DNA of 63,187 bases, filler included, from Sluysia triapertura (Eukaryota), in assembly GCA_046118255.1 (NCBI GenBank). It is 4 parts of 4 records of this genome, joined end to end, with 100 filler letters (N's around TTAATTAATTAA, not from the genome) between each part and the next. Parts side by side here need not be neighbours in the genome. Positions count along the whole stretch, not along the records: positions 1 to 15,175 come from JBJNIA010236111.1; positions 15,276 to 32,259 come from JBJNIA010194158.1; 2 more parts are not named here. The stretch is one strand, 5' to 3'. A program made the translations under genes and the position numbers. Shown in pieces: positions 11,465 to 25,230 of the stretch; the first letter of the stretch is position 1, and the number at the start of each line of letters is the position of its first letter. A model generated the notes under the pieces. It saw only the letters and a list, made by a program, of their open reading frames with translations. It had not been told where the DNA came from and ran no database searches.

Positions 11465-13190
11465 TCTAAATTAACATTAGTGCATTTTAAAAAGAAACTA
11501 TCAGCATCACCAGCCATAATTTCAATCTTACAATTAAATTTCTGAGGATATTTTTCTAATTCATATTGCAATTGATACATTCTTAGCACATGGATACATT
11601 ATCTAAGCACACCACTTCTTTTCCTAGTAAAACTGCAATCAAATTGTCAACAACTTTAATTGTATTTTTAATATTGGCTTTGCCTGAGTACGTGAATCTT
11701 GCATTAGTATGGCATTTTAAATTCTCTACAGTCTTACCATAAAGATAAACTTGTAAAATTTTTTCTGGAATTTTTTTGCTGCTAGACTAAAATATATTTT
11801 TTTAAAAATACAAGTTTGATTAAATTTAACTGCTCTATGCATTTTACAATCAGTTGCTAATTTTATATGCATTTGCTGGATAACCCAACTCACCGATAAT
11901 TAAATTTAGGTTCATGCATTAACAATTATTTAACTTTAGAATTTCGTGAACATTTGGATTCAGAAACTAAAGGTAATTCATCTAAATTATCGTGTACATT
12001 AGATAGAATAATCAAGTCAACTTCGAATGTATAGTCCTATTTGCAGTTTCTTTATTTGGTAAATTTACAATTAATTTATTTATTTTGTTTATTTACATCA
12101 TAAATCCATTCGAAGCCATTATGCGGCAATACTTTTGATAAACCCCAACTATATAAATTAATGTCTATGTACAGTTAACTAGTTATATCAGATTTTGCAT
12201 GATGTTTGTTGACAAATGTCATGCCACTTGTACACCATTTTCGAAAAAACTAAACATATCAGGATCAGTTAAAACAATCAACTTTTGATGTAAGTACTGG
12301 TGTCAAACTTAAACCAGGTGTTGGTGTTTTCTTAAATTATCATCCAATTTTCGAAAATATCATCCAATAAATATTTGTCTAATTTTAAGTAGGCTCTCTT
12401 GCAATCAAATAAATCGTCACAATTTAATTCTTTCCACATTTTAATGCTTTATTTTAATTGTTATCACTTAAATCATTATTCCACTTTGTAGGTAAATATT
12501 TAATATTGTGTAGTACGCAAATGGAAAACTACTTTTTGATTTTGCAACACCATTTTAAATACTTTACTAGTTAGTGGTAATGTAAACATCGTGCTAGTTA
12601 ATTTTGCTAAACTACTTGGTAAAAATTGAAAACTGTCTATAAATTAAATTGAAAATTTTTTTATGATTCAGTACAAGGAAATAAGGCTGGAAACTTTTCT
12701 GAACTTTATGGTATACAAGTTTTTTTCCAAATTTATTAATTCATCCAATGCATATTTTAATATATGATGATGAATGTCATATCCATATAAATTAAGTAAT
12801 ACTACAAGTAAAGTTGGACGAATTTTTAGAACATTTAGTACATTATTTTAAATATTTACTACTTAAATATTTACCATTAAAATGGTCAAGATCTTTAACA
12901 AGTTTAGTTGCTGGTTTGTTACACAAATACCAGTTTTGCATTACTAAACTGAAATTGTTCGTAACTAGTTAAATTCATTTCTTTTTGATCTTGGGAAATA
13001 AGGCATTACTATATTTCAATCTTATTTAAAAAACTTACTACACATTTATCACCAACAAAACTACTGCATTCTATTTTGTTTTTGGGCCTACTAATAATAA
13101 ACCTGCAGATAGTGGTTCTTGTTCATCTGGTAGTAATGCAGTAGTGACCTGCGTAAATAACAAATTGTAGTGATACTGATTTACTGTGAT
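11465..13190 (-). pseudogene. Family B DNA polymerase pseudogene of Polinton/Maverick-like type
   Basis: Motifs occur in the expected order on the minus strand: NLYGYDIH (exonuclease), FIDSFQFLPSSLAKL, LYIDINLYSWGLSKVLPHNGFEWI (motif A), FEVDL..VHDNLDELPLVSE and AGDADSFF (motif C-like). Many stops and frameshifts. Confidence 0.85.
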
Positions 13191-13839
13191 CAATCAATTC
13201 ACAAAGTATCAAGATATTTACTACATAACTTAATATGATAGTTAAATGAGATATCTGTCCTAAATCCTCTTAAACACTTTACATTTTAAACACTTACACC
13301 TTGTTCTAAAAAAGTTCTTCATATTTATTTAAGTCTTTGATTGCTACATAATGGGAAGTATTTTCGTCCACCAATAATAAATTAATAACTGTTTCACTAA
13401 TGCTATGATTCAACGTTAATTTTAATAAAAAATACAGCATAATATTAATCTTAGAATTACTGGGCTGTTTTGTAAAAACAGCATCACATAATAGATTTGA
13501 CGACCATCATGGACAATTTATCTGAATTATTGTGCTGTTATGAAAATATAACTTTTGTTTAATAATCGGTTTTGTGATAGAATTTTAATTCGATTAAAAA
13601 ATAAACACTTTGCATTACTTCCATTTTATTGCAGATATGAAAATAAAGACAAAATATGCAATTTCATTACCAATGAATGTACAATGAATTTAGTTTAAAT
13701 TATTATTAATATTTGATGCTGACTTTAGTTTATTTACTCTTTGAAAACTATTAAAATTTTTTACATGCATTTTTGGATCTCAATTTTTGTTTTCATTTTT
13801 AAAAATTACAACTAATTTTGATTCATTTTTATTTAGAGA

Positions 13840-14175
13840 ATGCTTGGTTATAAATGGATTGATAAAGTTTTGAAATGCGTGGCAATTCTTATCCCGATAG
13901 TTTTGCCATTAATAATAATAGACAAAATAGTTCATGTTGCATTGCACCAATCTGGAATAGATTTAATTATTATATTCACATTAATGTTTGTGATTTTATC
14001 TCCATTTCTATTGTTGGCAATTACAAATTCTGTGTTAATTTTACTTGGTAAAACACCAATATTACCAGCAAAGTATTTTGAAACAAAATATTCTTTCCGT
14101 CCTAAATCTACCTGGATGTCATACAGTGAGAAAAAAACGAAGAAAAATAAAAATACGGAATTAAGCATCGATTGA
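13840..14175 (+). CDS. Small two-TM membrane protein, hypothetical
   Basis: Intact 111-aa ATG ORF with two hydrophobic stretches and a basic tail. It is preceded by a polypyrimidine-AG, so it may be a terminal exon. Confidence 0.4.
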   Translation: MLGYKWIDKVLKCVAILIPIVLPLIIIDKIVHVALHQSGIDLIIIFTLMFVILSPFLLLAITNSVLILLGKTPILPAKYFETKYSFRPKSTWMSYSEKKTKKNKNTELSID

Positions 14176-14639
14176 AAGGTAATCATTATACATATCGTTT
14201 CAATACCAAAGAACAATATATTTATTTCAAAGATATGATAAAAATAGATTCCTGAAAATCAGTAAAAATAAATTTACTTTAATTTCGTGACTATTAAAAA
14301 ATTGATATGGTATAAACATTCTGTTACATCAAAACCTCTCCTGTTAACGGGACTTAATTCGGACTTATAACTTAAGTCAATAATTATTTGTAAATCAGAG
14401 ATTATTTTAATTAAAACATTGTCAAAATAAATAAATATGTATTAAAATTTAATCAGAAATTTATCAATATTTTAAAATATATTTAATACACTCTTAATAA
14501 TAAATACAAAAAATATATCTTCTTGAAAGTTATATTTGGATGTTATTAGAGGGTTTTGATACTTCTATTAAGTTAGGATCTGTTCCTGTTATATTGATTA
14601 CTTTTTTGATTTCTTAATAAAAATACTATAAATTAAAAG

Positions 14640-14800
14640 GAATCTATGGGTCTGCGAATACTTTAATGGAAGAATTGGAACTGAAGTACATTTCATTGGG
14701 CATCGATAACAAAGTTTCTATTATAATTCCGTTAAAGTTCACGGGAGACGCATTTATAGTTTATGCCTAAGATGAAAGTCGATGCAAGAGAAAAAAAGTA
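14640..14800 (+). pseudogene. Possible short gag remnant
   Basis: IYGSANTLMEELELKYISLGIDNKVSIIIPLKFTGDAFIVY resembles the Gag P-L-x-L-x-G-x-A-x-x-x-Y pattern also seen near 2840. Confidence 0.35.
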
Positions 14801-15175
14801 ATGTGTTAGATATAATGATAACCTGTAGATATTTTCAAATATGAAATTAATATTAAATGAGCCCGATTTGCAGAGAATAGCAAAATGTATCTTAGATAAT
14901 TGCATTGGTATTTATTTCACAGTTGTCAAGTTATTTGATCAATAAAGTTGAAACCATAGTCAAAAAATAACTATAACTTAGAAGAGTTAACGAAGACATA
15001 ATTGAAGATACGTTTCCTTAGGAAAAAAGGCAATCATTACATTATTTTGTGAAAATAAATTATCCAAGGGAGACAAAAAAATGTTTGTGGTAACCACGTG
15101 TAGTGGTCAACACCAATAACCTAAAATTTAAACCCAACAATTACAAATCTAATTTTATTAAAATACAATTTTCTC

Positions 15176-15275
15176 NNNNNNNNNNNNNNNNNNNNNNNNN
15201 NNNNNNNNNNNNNNNNNNNTTAATTAATTAANNNNNNNNNNNNNNNNNNNNNNNNNNNNNNNNNNNNNNNNNNNN
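15176..15275. other. Scaffold gap with artificial TTAATTAATTAA spacer (also at ~32260-32359 and ~49947-50046)
   Basis: The same all-frame-stop motif is centred in three ~100-nt N runs. Confidence 0.9.
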
Positions 15276-18200
15276 GATAGAAGTGTGATACTGCAGATAT
15301 TGTAAATGTGTTTTATTTTGATATGATTTTTGTTTGTGATGAGGTTTATGTGGTTGATTGTGATAGTGGATGAGAGATAGTGGGGTGTGACACCACAATA
15401 ACATCTCTAGTACACATGTATAATTGCTTTATGAATTTGTAAGTATATTTGCTTTGAAATTTTATTATTGATGATTGTTCTAAATGAATTATGGAATTAG
15501 ATGACGGAATTACTTGAATTGGTAAAAAACAACAAAAATATTCAAAGAAAAAAAATTTGTTTGTAAAATCTAACAATTTTAAAATTCTTAGCGCCCCCAA
15601 ATTATTATCACGCGTCCCCTTGTTTGCGCACCTTTAGCTTAGAATGTAAAACGTTTTTCATATTAGTCATTTTAATTTTATTAGTAATATCTACATTTAA
15701 TAAATGAAAAAATTAAAAAAAATGCATAATATTTTGCAAACATTCGAATGTTTTTACGGACGTTCATCAAACATTCATTTTTACGTATGCATTAATCTAA
15801 TCTTTGCTTAAAGGGCTTGAAGAAGGTTTTAAACGGTTTTGTGACGCGTTCTAAAAATGTGTGTTTAAAAGAATTTAGAAAATGAAAAAATTGCCACTAC
15901 CGATAATTTTGATTACTTTTCTAAGAAGAAATTGAAAAATTTAGCACTTTTATGAAATGATTCGAATAAAGACATTCAAATATTCCCGGTTTGATTCTTC
16001 GTTCGTTTTTAACAATTTACAAGTTTTCTTAAAACCCCTAATTATGAAGATTATATTTATATCAACTCCAACTGGTGAATCTTATGCACGTCTGGATGGT
16101 TCTGTTACAAAGGCTGTGGAATGCAACTTAGTCAGGTATTATCTTAGAGTTAGATAATTGTAAGGTAGTAATAGTTGTTAGTCGACGGCTCTAAGTACAA
16201 TTCCAGTTTGAATTAGTAGTAGAGCCATTTGTGTAAATAATTAAAATGTCTAATGCCCTAGTACATCACCATGCAGTCAATATTAGTCTTGGTTTGCGAA
16301 TTCCAGGTTTCCAGATATTTTAGTACAATTTTAAGAAATTTTTCTATTTAATCCACTTTCAATCCATCTGAATCTTATTTCCCTTTCACCGTGTTGGCGC
16401 ACTCATTTGATACTTTGAAGTTTCTCGAAGGGACGACCGTGGGTAATTTCTCCAATCATCCATTCTGGAAAATCAGAAAATCTTTAAATATAAATCGCCA
16501 CTTGTTCATAGCGATTATTATTTTGAATAAAATGTTGAATGAAAAGATGCGACATAAATTATTTTAAAACATTTATCTATAGAATAAATAAATTTCGTTG
16601 TCATATCTCATCTACTTTAAATTACGGTAGATACTTTTCATTCCTATAAATTCTATTAATCATACCAATTTCTGATGAGTCCTGCATCATCATTGATTCG
16701 TTTCTTGAAGTCAATTTGGATTGGTTGATTAAATATCAAAATTTGTCGGAAATAATAATTTAACATATTTCTGTAAAGCTGAATTTTCATCGCAAAATTA
16801 CGAAATAAATTGTTCGATGAAGACGATCTTTATTATCGTTGACTAATCTACAAACGATCGAGTTGGCGCAATTTTCAGAATATGAATATCTTAAATACAG
16901 GGAAATCTGTCGGTCACAGTAGCACAATCCCACAGTCACTGGGTATTAACAATTAGCCTTAACAAGCGTAGTTAAAATTAGAACTATCGTTCCACGAAGA
17001 TATTTTAGTACTAAATACTGCATATGTACTAGAAAAATTTCAGTATCTGCATTCTGTCATTAGTTTTAGTAAACTTCATCTCTTCTTCAGTAGTTCTTAA
17101 ATCGATCGCTACACAGACGTGTTCTCTGAAACTCGAAAATTAAATATGCAAATGTAAATTATTGAAACTGTTTAATATATATTGATTATTTTTCGTAACA
17201 AATGTATATTACGATGGAGAATAATTGTCTCCATTTTGGAGTTCATGCATTTTCTGTAGCTTCTCTTGCATTATTGAGAACAATCAATTTCATTATTTGA
17301 TCTTATGAATCCTACTATTACGAACTATTGTATACTACAAGCTTCCTTTTGTATTGCTGAAACAATTGAATAATAAATAAATAAATACAATAAAAATAAA
17401 CAAATATAAATAAACAACTTACATATTGTGTAATAATTTGTGAACTTTGCTTTCCTAATATGTATTTACGGTTTTAAACTATATGCATGTATTTGAAATA
17501 CGTAGCTGTGGACGTATGTGGACATATGACTCATTGTATGAAACGCTCTCCGTTAAGGAATCACTGTAATTGTTGGTAAAATATTTTCTGATGTCCGCTG
17601 TACTATTTGATATTTACATGATCGTGTAATTTTATATAATTGCATTTCGAATTTGTATTTCATCAACTCAATTGAAAATTATTTTTAATGAAGTCATACG
17701 ATGATTAAACATTAAACTTTTAACTGTTCCTTCATTAATTGCTTCATTGATTTTCAGATTTTAATTTATTTATTTAGATGAAAGAATTAAAGAAGTGTTT
17801 GGATTTAGTTATTCGAATACATCACTACGAATCACAGAATCCAATTCAGAACCCGTTCTGGACTTCGAAAATGACTGGATTGAGGTTGAGATTGAATTTT
17901 GTGAAGTACTTCTTTAGTGTAAGTCGATTTAATTGGTTTTGGTATAATAAATTAGTATGATGAAGTATCATTATTATTACAGTCGCGTAACCGTGTGACA
18001 AAATGATAACACACGTTTCTTTTCGAATTTGTCGTGATTTTTAAAAATCGAAATGAATGGAGGCATAAATATCTGTAAACTTGTAAGTTTAACAATACAT
18101 CATTGTCGTAAACACATTGAGTAAGATCTCAGTAAGTCTTTCGAGATATGAATTCTAGATTATTCAATCATCTGCTCATTTCCTAAACCTACAAATGCAT

Positions 18201-20577
18201 GTGCAACTATCCCATTTTGATAATTCTTCAGTGTCGCATTGAGAATTGATGAATATATGTTCTTTGCAGCATGATGTCTATTTCCACTTTTAGAAATGTC
18301 TTTATTATTCGTCATTTATGATATTCACAATTTCAATAGCCGCTTGCTTATTCTCATCAGAAGCTGCTCCAGTAGTAGAATAAAAGATGTGCCTTCTGTT
18401 ATTATTTTCGTATTTGAAAGAACTTTTAATAATTCATCGGTCATTCTATGTCCGCTATAATTGATTGTTCTAATTAATTGACATTATAGATCTAAATCGC
18501 TAAATCGTGTGGCTTTATAAACACATTATTAACGCATAGTTTTCCTAACTCTTAATCTACGGCAAAATATTTTTAAGAAGGGTCTGGTTACAGTAGACGT
18601 CTTATGTCGCAAAGAGGGCGTAACTACTAAATTAGAAGATTAAGTAGTAACTTTAGTTAACAAATTTAATAGTAGAGGGTCTAAAATTTAGTAAATGGGG
18701 ACTCAGATTAATGTACAATAAATGAAGTCAAAACGTCTAATTAAAAAAATTTATTAAAATTGTTACAACAATTAAACAATATAAAAAACACTTACAATGC
18801 AAGAAAACGTTAGAACTAGAAATAGAGATTTAATTAAAATCTATTAAATTAAAACTTCAGTCTGTATTTAATTTTTAAATGATATTTTACTCTGTATTTT
18901 ACCCTTACACTTTAATAAATAAGTTGTTAGTTTACGTTGATTTGTGGATATTAATTTCCTTATTTGAAATTAATTTCTGCTTAACAAAAAATTACTTGAA
19001 ACATGGATTCGAATATAGTCCGTTAAAATAGTGTAAAATCCAACTTGGCGATTTTCATTTTATTGATGCTAGTTTATATCCAATAGAATGTTTTAGAATA
19101 ATCTATTTTTGGAAGCTTCTTTTTTAGAAATTTTCTTTTCTTTTTTGGAAAGTAAAGGTTTTTTAAAGAATTTTAAAGATTTATAAAGCATTTTAATTGA
19201 TTTTTGAATAATGTTAATGTGTTTTTATGATTTTGAAGGGTTGTGATGACAACCTAACAATAGATATAACATCTGAATTTGAATTTTCTTATTTAGATAA
19301 AGAGAGGCAAGCCACTGAATTATGAGCAGGTTCTCATTGATATGAAAGCGGATTTCGATAAGGTGATGTCTCAGAACTCCTATCAGATAAATTCCATTCA
19401 AGAGTTGTTGCTAATTCTGTTCTACGTTACTAAGATCCATACAGATAAATCAGGTTTTATATATTCCAATTTGTTTTTAAAACAAAACACTTATGTTAAA
19501 AGTTTTTGCGCTTTGTTCAGTTTCGTTTATTTGTCGATTAAGAAATTATCGATTTTTCAGGTGAAACTTGTAATTATTCATTATGAAATTTCCCCTTCGC
19601 AGTTCCACATCATCATCTTTTAGTACATACATTACAGAATTTTGTCTTGTACAAATTTCATGAATTTGAAACGCCTCGTCATTCAAATTGTCAAATTTTT
19701 TACAAATGGAGTTGTTGAAATTAAACTGCATTTTTGCAGTTGTGGTTTCTTCTAACCACATAACTTGAATCAATTTAGAAGTTTAGAGAATTCGCACATG
19801 ATCCAACAATTACTCAATTAAAGATTTTTAAACGAAATTGTAATAGTAAAAGTTACGGAGGTCACTTAGTTATTTCTTATGCAAATTCAACTTTCTTATT
19901 AATGATTAACTCCTTCTATAGTTGTTATACTGGAGCCTCACAATTCTGTTAAATTTAGCACTAATATTAAAGATTTAGTTGCACAATATTTTGTGTCATT
20001 ATTTCAAATAGAACTGGGATATAGTGGGATCGTTAATTTGACAACTTTGTTGAGCATTTTTTATTTTAACATGTAAGGCGTGCGAAACAACAACTATAAA
20101 TATCATTGATTTAAATAAAGCAACGCAACGAAACAATCTAATATTAACAGAATATAAAACGAATAAACAATATATAATCATGACATTAATATTGTAAAAA
20201 CAATTACCTGTAGAACAAAATCAAAAAACCCAGTTCACTTAAATTCATTAATTATTAAGTTTGAGACTTCAAATGAATTTTCTGACTTTTATAATATGTA
20301 GAAATTTAAATTATATTACGTTGGTATTTTATTATTATTATTTTGACTTTATTTTCTTTTATTATTGCTGAATTATGTATTTTAAAGTGAGTTCTCTCTG
20401 ATGCTTGATTTACTTACTAAAGGCCATCACATATATTTTTTGTAGCGTGAAATAGATTCGAAGAAAATTGGAAGTTAATAAGGAGTCGTATGTTATTTCG
20501 AATTTTCTTATTTTAGTAAATTTGTTCTAACTTTGGAAATGTTAAAGTAAAGTAATAGAATAAATCACGAGTTTAAC

Positions 20578-20628
20578 GTGAGTTCACCTACGTACTGGGC
20601 TTACCAGTTAGGCCAGCCGTTGGATTTT
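20578..20628 (-). repeat. Leader-hairpin motif family copy
   Basis: Minus strand reads AAAATCCAACGGCTGGCCTAACTGGTAAGCCCAGTACGTAGGTGAACTCAC. Confidence 0.85.
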
Positions 20629-22008
20629 GTAAATCAAAAAGTCTCAAGGGTGCTCAAAAAATATGCTCCAAAACTTCAATGCTTAATTATACTTTTAACT
20701 GTCTGGAGGTAAGTCAGAAATAGTAATTGAATTATTTTATCAGGAGTAATAATAATAATATTAATTAAATGATTTTACTTGATTCCTTGAAATGGAATCT
20801 ATAAATTTATTTTACGTTGTTAGATTTAAATTCTGACTTTGGAAAGCTTTTCTGAGTGATAATTTTATAATTAAAATTATGTAAATTAAATTGCAAACAA
20901 AAATTAATTACAAATGATTTATTTTTTAAACTTTTACTTAAAAATGTAAAGATAGCAAATAAATATAATAATTTACACTAATTAACTCTTTGAGTTAATG
21001 AATATGGTGGATTGCTCCGTACTATAATTTGAGGAGTAATATTCCTGACACCAATTTATGGGTGCAAAATATTTAAATAAAATATTTAAAGAAATTAATA
21101 ATACTCAAAGATTAATAATATTTAAAATAATAATTTTTATACTTATAATAATTTAAATCGTAATAATTTATAATAATTCATATTAAAAATATACACATAA
21201 CATATAAAAAATATAAAAATTGTTAGTATAAAAATTATTGATACAATTAGAATAATGGCACTAAATAAAACTAATTGCATAAAAATAACCGTTTGATCAA
21301 GTAAGATTTGTAAATGTGGATAGCGTTATTCAATTGCTTATACAAACATTTTGTTACTTCTTTGTGTAAAACCACATATCATGATGCAAAAGTGGATTTT
21401 GTAGAAATGTGGATTCTCTACAAATTTATGAAATAATAAGAGAGAATACTGATAGTATAAAGAATGATCCAAGTACACATTTCTTACTATCTATCATCAT
21501 AATTTTTATATTCTCATAATTTGTTCACATCAATAATTATAATTATAATAATTTTGCATAAATTAGATAAATATTAGATAATATATTAAGCTTGTATGAA
21601 ATTAGATAGAACTACCTTTTTTTGTAATATTCACTTCTGGAACCTGATTATCGATCAACATCTTTTTCAGATATTGTCAGCCTTTATTAATAACACTAAG
21701 GGATTCCGATTTTATAAATGATGCAACATATGAAAGATCGGATGCAGTTCTGATGGAATCGATATTAGATATTTCTGATTATCATTTTTAGAATCATCTT
21801 AGTAAATATGAAATTGTAAAGCTGTTTAAATGTAAAAACAGTGAAATTGGAAGATGCACATTGTGTCTATTTCATTACTATCGTCTGTTTTCACACTTTT
21901 GCATTACATTACGTATTATATTTCGATATTACAGAGAAATTATTATTATCATATTTTATTAAATTTTTTAATGTGAAGTAATTGTTTTTGTGTTTCATTT
22001 TCTTTTAG

Positions 22009-22397
22009 ATATTTTAACTGTGAATGTCGTCAAGCAGTTTGTGATACAAGCCACAGGGATGTTGCGTCGAGTTCTGTTGCTGCCAAATTCGTCAGATTTT
22101 GATATCGGATCGTACTTTTACAGTGATGTCGGGAAGACGAAGTTGAAACAAATTTATGACAACTATCGAAGCACTGTTGCTATTTATTATCAGAAGTATC
22201 GAGATAGAATCGCATCGAAGAAATCCAACTCGCGTAATCAAACAAAATCATGCTCAGACTCAGAAATAAGTGCAAAAATCGATCGTGTTGTTATGGAAAT
22301 GTCGGAAAAATTCAAGTCTGAGTTGGACGTGAAAGAAACGGATATGTGGAGTTTGTTGTGCGAATTCGCGAAGATCATTTCCGACTCCGTAACGTGA
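22009..22397 (+). CDS. Probable coding exon of an unknown protein
   Basis: Locally higher GC, open frame after a TTTCTTTTAG acceptor, helical protein-like composition. No family recognised. Confidence 0.4.
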
Positions 22398-23330
22398 TCG
22401 ATGGAACTTCAGTACGGTAAACAAGAATAGAGCATTCAACATCCTTGTTTTGAGAAATGATGACGTTTTCTTAAATATATTTATCAATTTGCAAAATGAG
22501 CAATAACAAACTGTAAGACGCTCATTCCTACATTTCCGAAATTTGGAAATCCAAATGTGTAATGTTATTTTGATTATTTGTTCATTGAAATTGAAGAAAT
22601 ACTTTATATTTTAATTAAACACACACAACACACTTTAACAGCGGGACAGCTATGATCTTCTAAAGGGAGAACGACGTTGTATTGACGCGTTTTTAAGAAT
22701 TTCATATCGGGATAAATGAATTTTTAAATTTGTAGTTCGCTGTTCCCATGAATACTTGCGTTACCCAGTTGTAAATTTCATCGATTATTTACAATTTAAT
22801 TAAATTTATTAAAATAAATTTAGATCCAGGTCCATAGGAACTTGTTCAAGGAAAGTACATTTAATGTTATAAAATATTTGTCTTACGTGTATAGTGGCTG
22901 GGTTATTTTTATTTATTTAAATTCTATAATTACACTGATTTTAAAATTTAGATTACTGAAAACAGTGTTATCAAACGCGGACTTAAGGTCTGTTACATAT
23001 TCAAAATATTTACTCATACGAAAGTTCATTAATATTATTTAACCTTGGAAAAAGCAACTCGTTAAAAATAGGCTTAAAGCCTCTTATTATTTATATTGCA
23101 CAAAGTAAATTTATTAACTTGGTGAGGGTAAAGTAATATTTAATTTATTGTAAACTTTAAATTCAATAAAGCCTATAAAATTTTTTATTTTCTAAAATAA
23201 ATTAACCTAATCAAAACATAAACCCAATGTAAACTTTAAAATCATTAAAAACTCGATAACAAATAAAATTGAACAATCCAATAGGATTTTTATTACAATA
23301 TGTTATCAGAATGAGCATAGCAAATATTAA

Positions 23331-23643
23331 CCGTTTGGGTCCAGCGAAGCGCTATCGGGCTTCACTTACATGCCAAAACTATGGGGCAGCGCGATAGTGC
23401 TTTTCTTGTTTTGTATCGATAATGTGTGGATGCTGCTGTTGGTAAAAATGGAGTTCATGGAATTTGTGCAAAAAACATTTTGTAATAAATGAAAATAAAA
23501 AATATTTTTTTGATCAAAATTAACTGTTCCGTAATAATTAATGTTAATTATAATAATTTTCAATGTTTCCCCAAAAAAAATTATACATATTTCATCCCGG
23601 ACTTTTATCATATGCAGAAGAAAATTCTCCCGCACTCAAACGG
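23331..23643. mobile_element. piggyBac-type MITE (313 bp)
   Basis: TTAA|CCGTTTGGGTCC ... GCACTCAAACGG|TTAA: TTAA on both sides and a 12-bp TIR with 2 mismatches. Confidence 0.85.
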
Positions 23644-23865
23644 TTAATAAATATTTAAAATTTCTAATAGAAGCTTGATAAGTTTGATAACTAGTCTGGA
23701 TATTTTCGTATATTTTATTATTGAACAAGAATGATCTCATCTCTAATCCTTACATATCAAAGGACTTGAATTGAAACTCGACATGATTTTTAAATATATT
23801 AAGACAGCATAAATTAAAAGGGGGAGTGTTTTGACCTAAAACAAAATATTGCTGAATATATAATT

Positions 23866-25230
23866 CTACAAGTATAAAAAATTAAATAAAAGGAAGCCCA
23901 TAGATTTAATATGAGTTTTTAATGTATAGTAAAATAACGTATTTAATCGTACTTCATGCTCTGAACTTATTTCATATGGTGTGATAATAGCCACAACATT
24001 TACGAAAGTACGAATATCACTAACTGCAGATTGAATATGAATTATACTTAGGAAAATTGATATTTCAGTTAGGATTGGATATGAATTAGTAATGTTAATG
24101 AATATACCATTTATAAATGATAAAATTGGCATAAATAATAGCAAAAATATTACAATAAATAATAGCGAACTTCTAAATACTTGTAAAATTGATATCGATT
24201 TTTTTAAAATTTTATAGCCAGGTTATAAATTAATTTTATATATATTTATTAATATACATTTATATTTATATTAATATATATTTATTGATAGTAAAAACAG
24301 TTTACAAAATAATTATAAATATTGGAAAATTGAAATGTTGAATTTTAAATTTATTTTATTGCAATTAGTATATACCAATATAAAATTTCAAATACATGAT
24401 AAATAGTACTTGTTTATTGTTCAATATTTTCATTATATTAAAAGCAAGCAGTGATTTCTAATACAAATAAAATTATAATGAACGGAAAGAAAGAAACCCC
24501 TTTTGTAGTTTTTTGTTTGAATCAATTTTTCTACATTTGATTCATTTTCACAATTATGAAACAATTTAATTTGAGGTAAAGTATATGATAATATAATTTC
24601 AATCTGACCAACAGATTCATCAATACTGTAAGAATGTATATTAGCAAATGTTCTTTGTGGTAAAAATTGATGATTTAACCAAACATTAAAAGGATATGAA
24701 TTTCATGCGTTTTGAACCCAGTGTCAAATTTAACTTAAAAATTATTTCATTTCCTTCAGGTGAAGTAGTGTTCATAATAGTATTTACATCTAATTCACAA
24801 AAATAAATTATTACTGTGGCCATAATAATTATAATGCAAAATAAAAAATTACTGATTGAGTTAGCCAATCTTTAGTATTTGTTTGAATAATATCGATATA
24901 AAATCTAATTTGAGCATTTAACAAGAATACGGAGCTGATAATAATTAAAATCATATCAAAATCATAGTGGATATGCAATGCTGATATAAACAAACTATAA
25001 TCATGGGTGTTTGATATTCGAGTTTTGAATCAAATATTAAATACAGATGATAAAATATTAGTGAAATACTCCAACAATCTAAATCTGGTAAGATTTCAAA
25101 AATATCAATAATATGTACACTTCGTGTGGTTGTAAAAATAAACGTCATTCCACCTAAATTTATCAAATTTTCTATTGGTAATAAAAACGCATACAATATT
25201 TCTTCATAAATTTAAGTTTGATTATTCATG
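23866..25230 (-). pseudogene. Decayed multi-pass membrane protein
   Basis: Three co-oriented hydrophobic ORF fragments (24951-25196, 24686-24868, 23866-24144). AT bias could contribute to the hydrophobicity. Confidence 0.25.

Noticed and set aside
15220-15232. TTAATTAATTAA motif repeated three times in the window
   Set aside because: It is always centred in N runs, so it is an assembly spacer rather than biology.
16672-16710. CTGATGAGTCC, the start of a hammerhead ribozyme core
   Set aside because: There is no complementary GGAC-GAAA downstream to close stem II.
16040-18450. Coding-like minus-strand region with one GT-AG intron candidate (~17358-17421); IWKPGIRKPRLILTAW faintly recalls TRPM N-termini
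   Set aside because: Too many stops and frameshifts, and no second diagnostic motif to support a family call.
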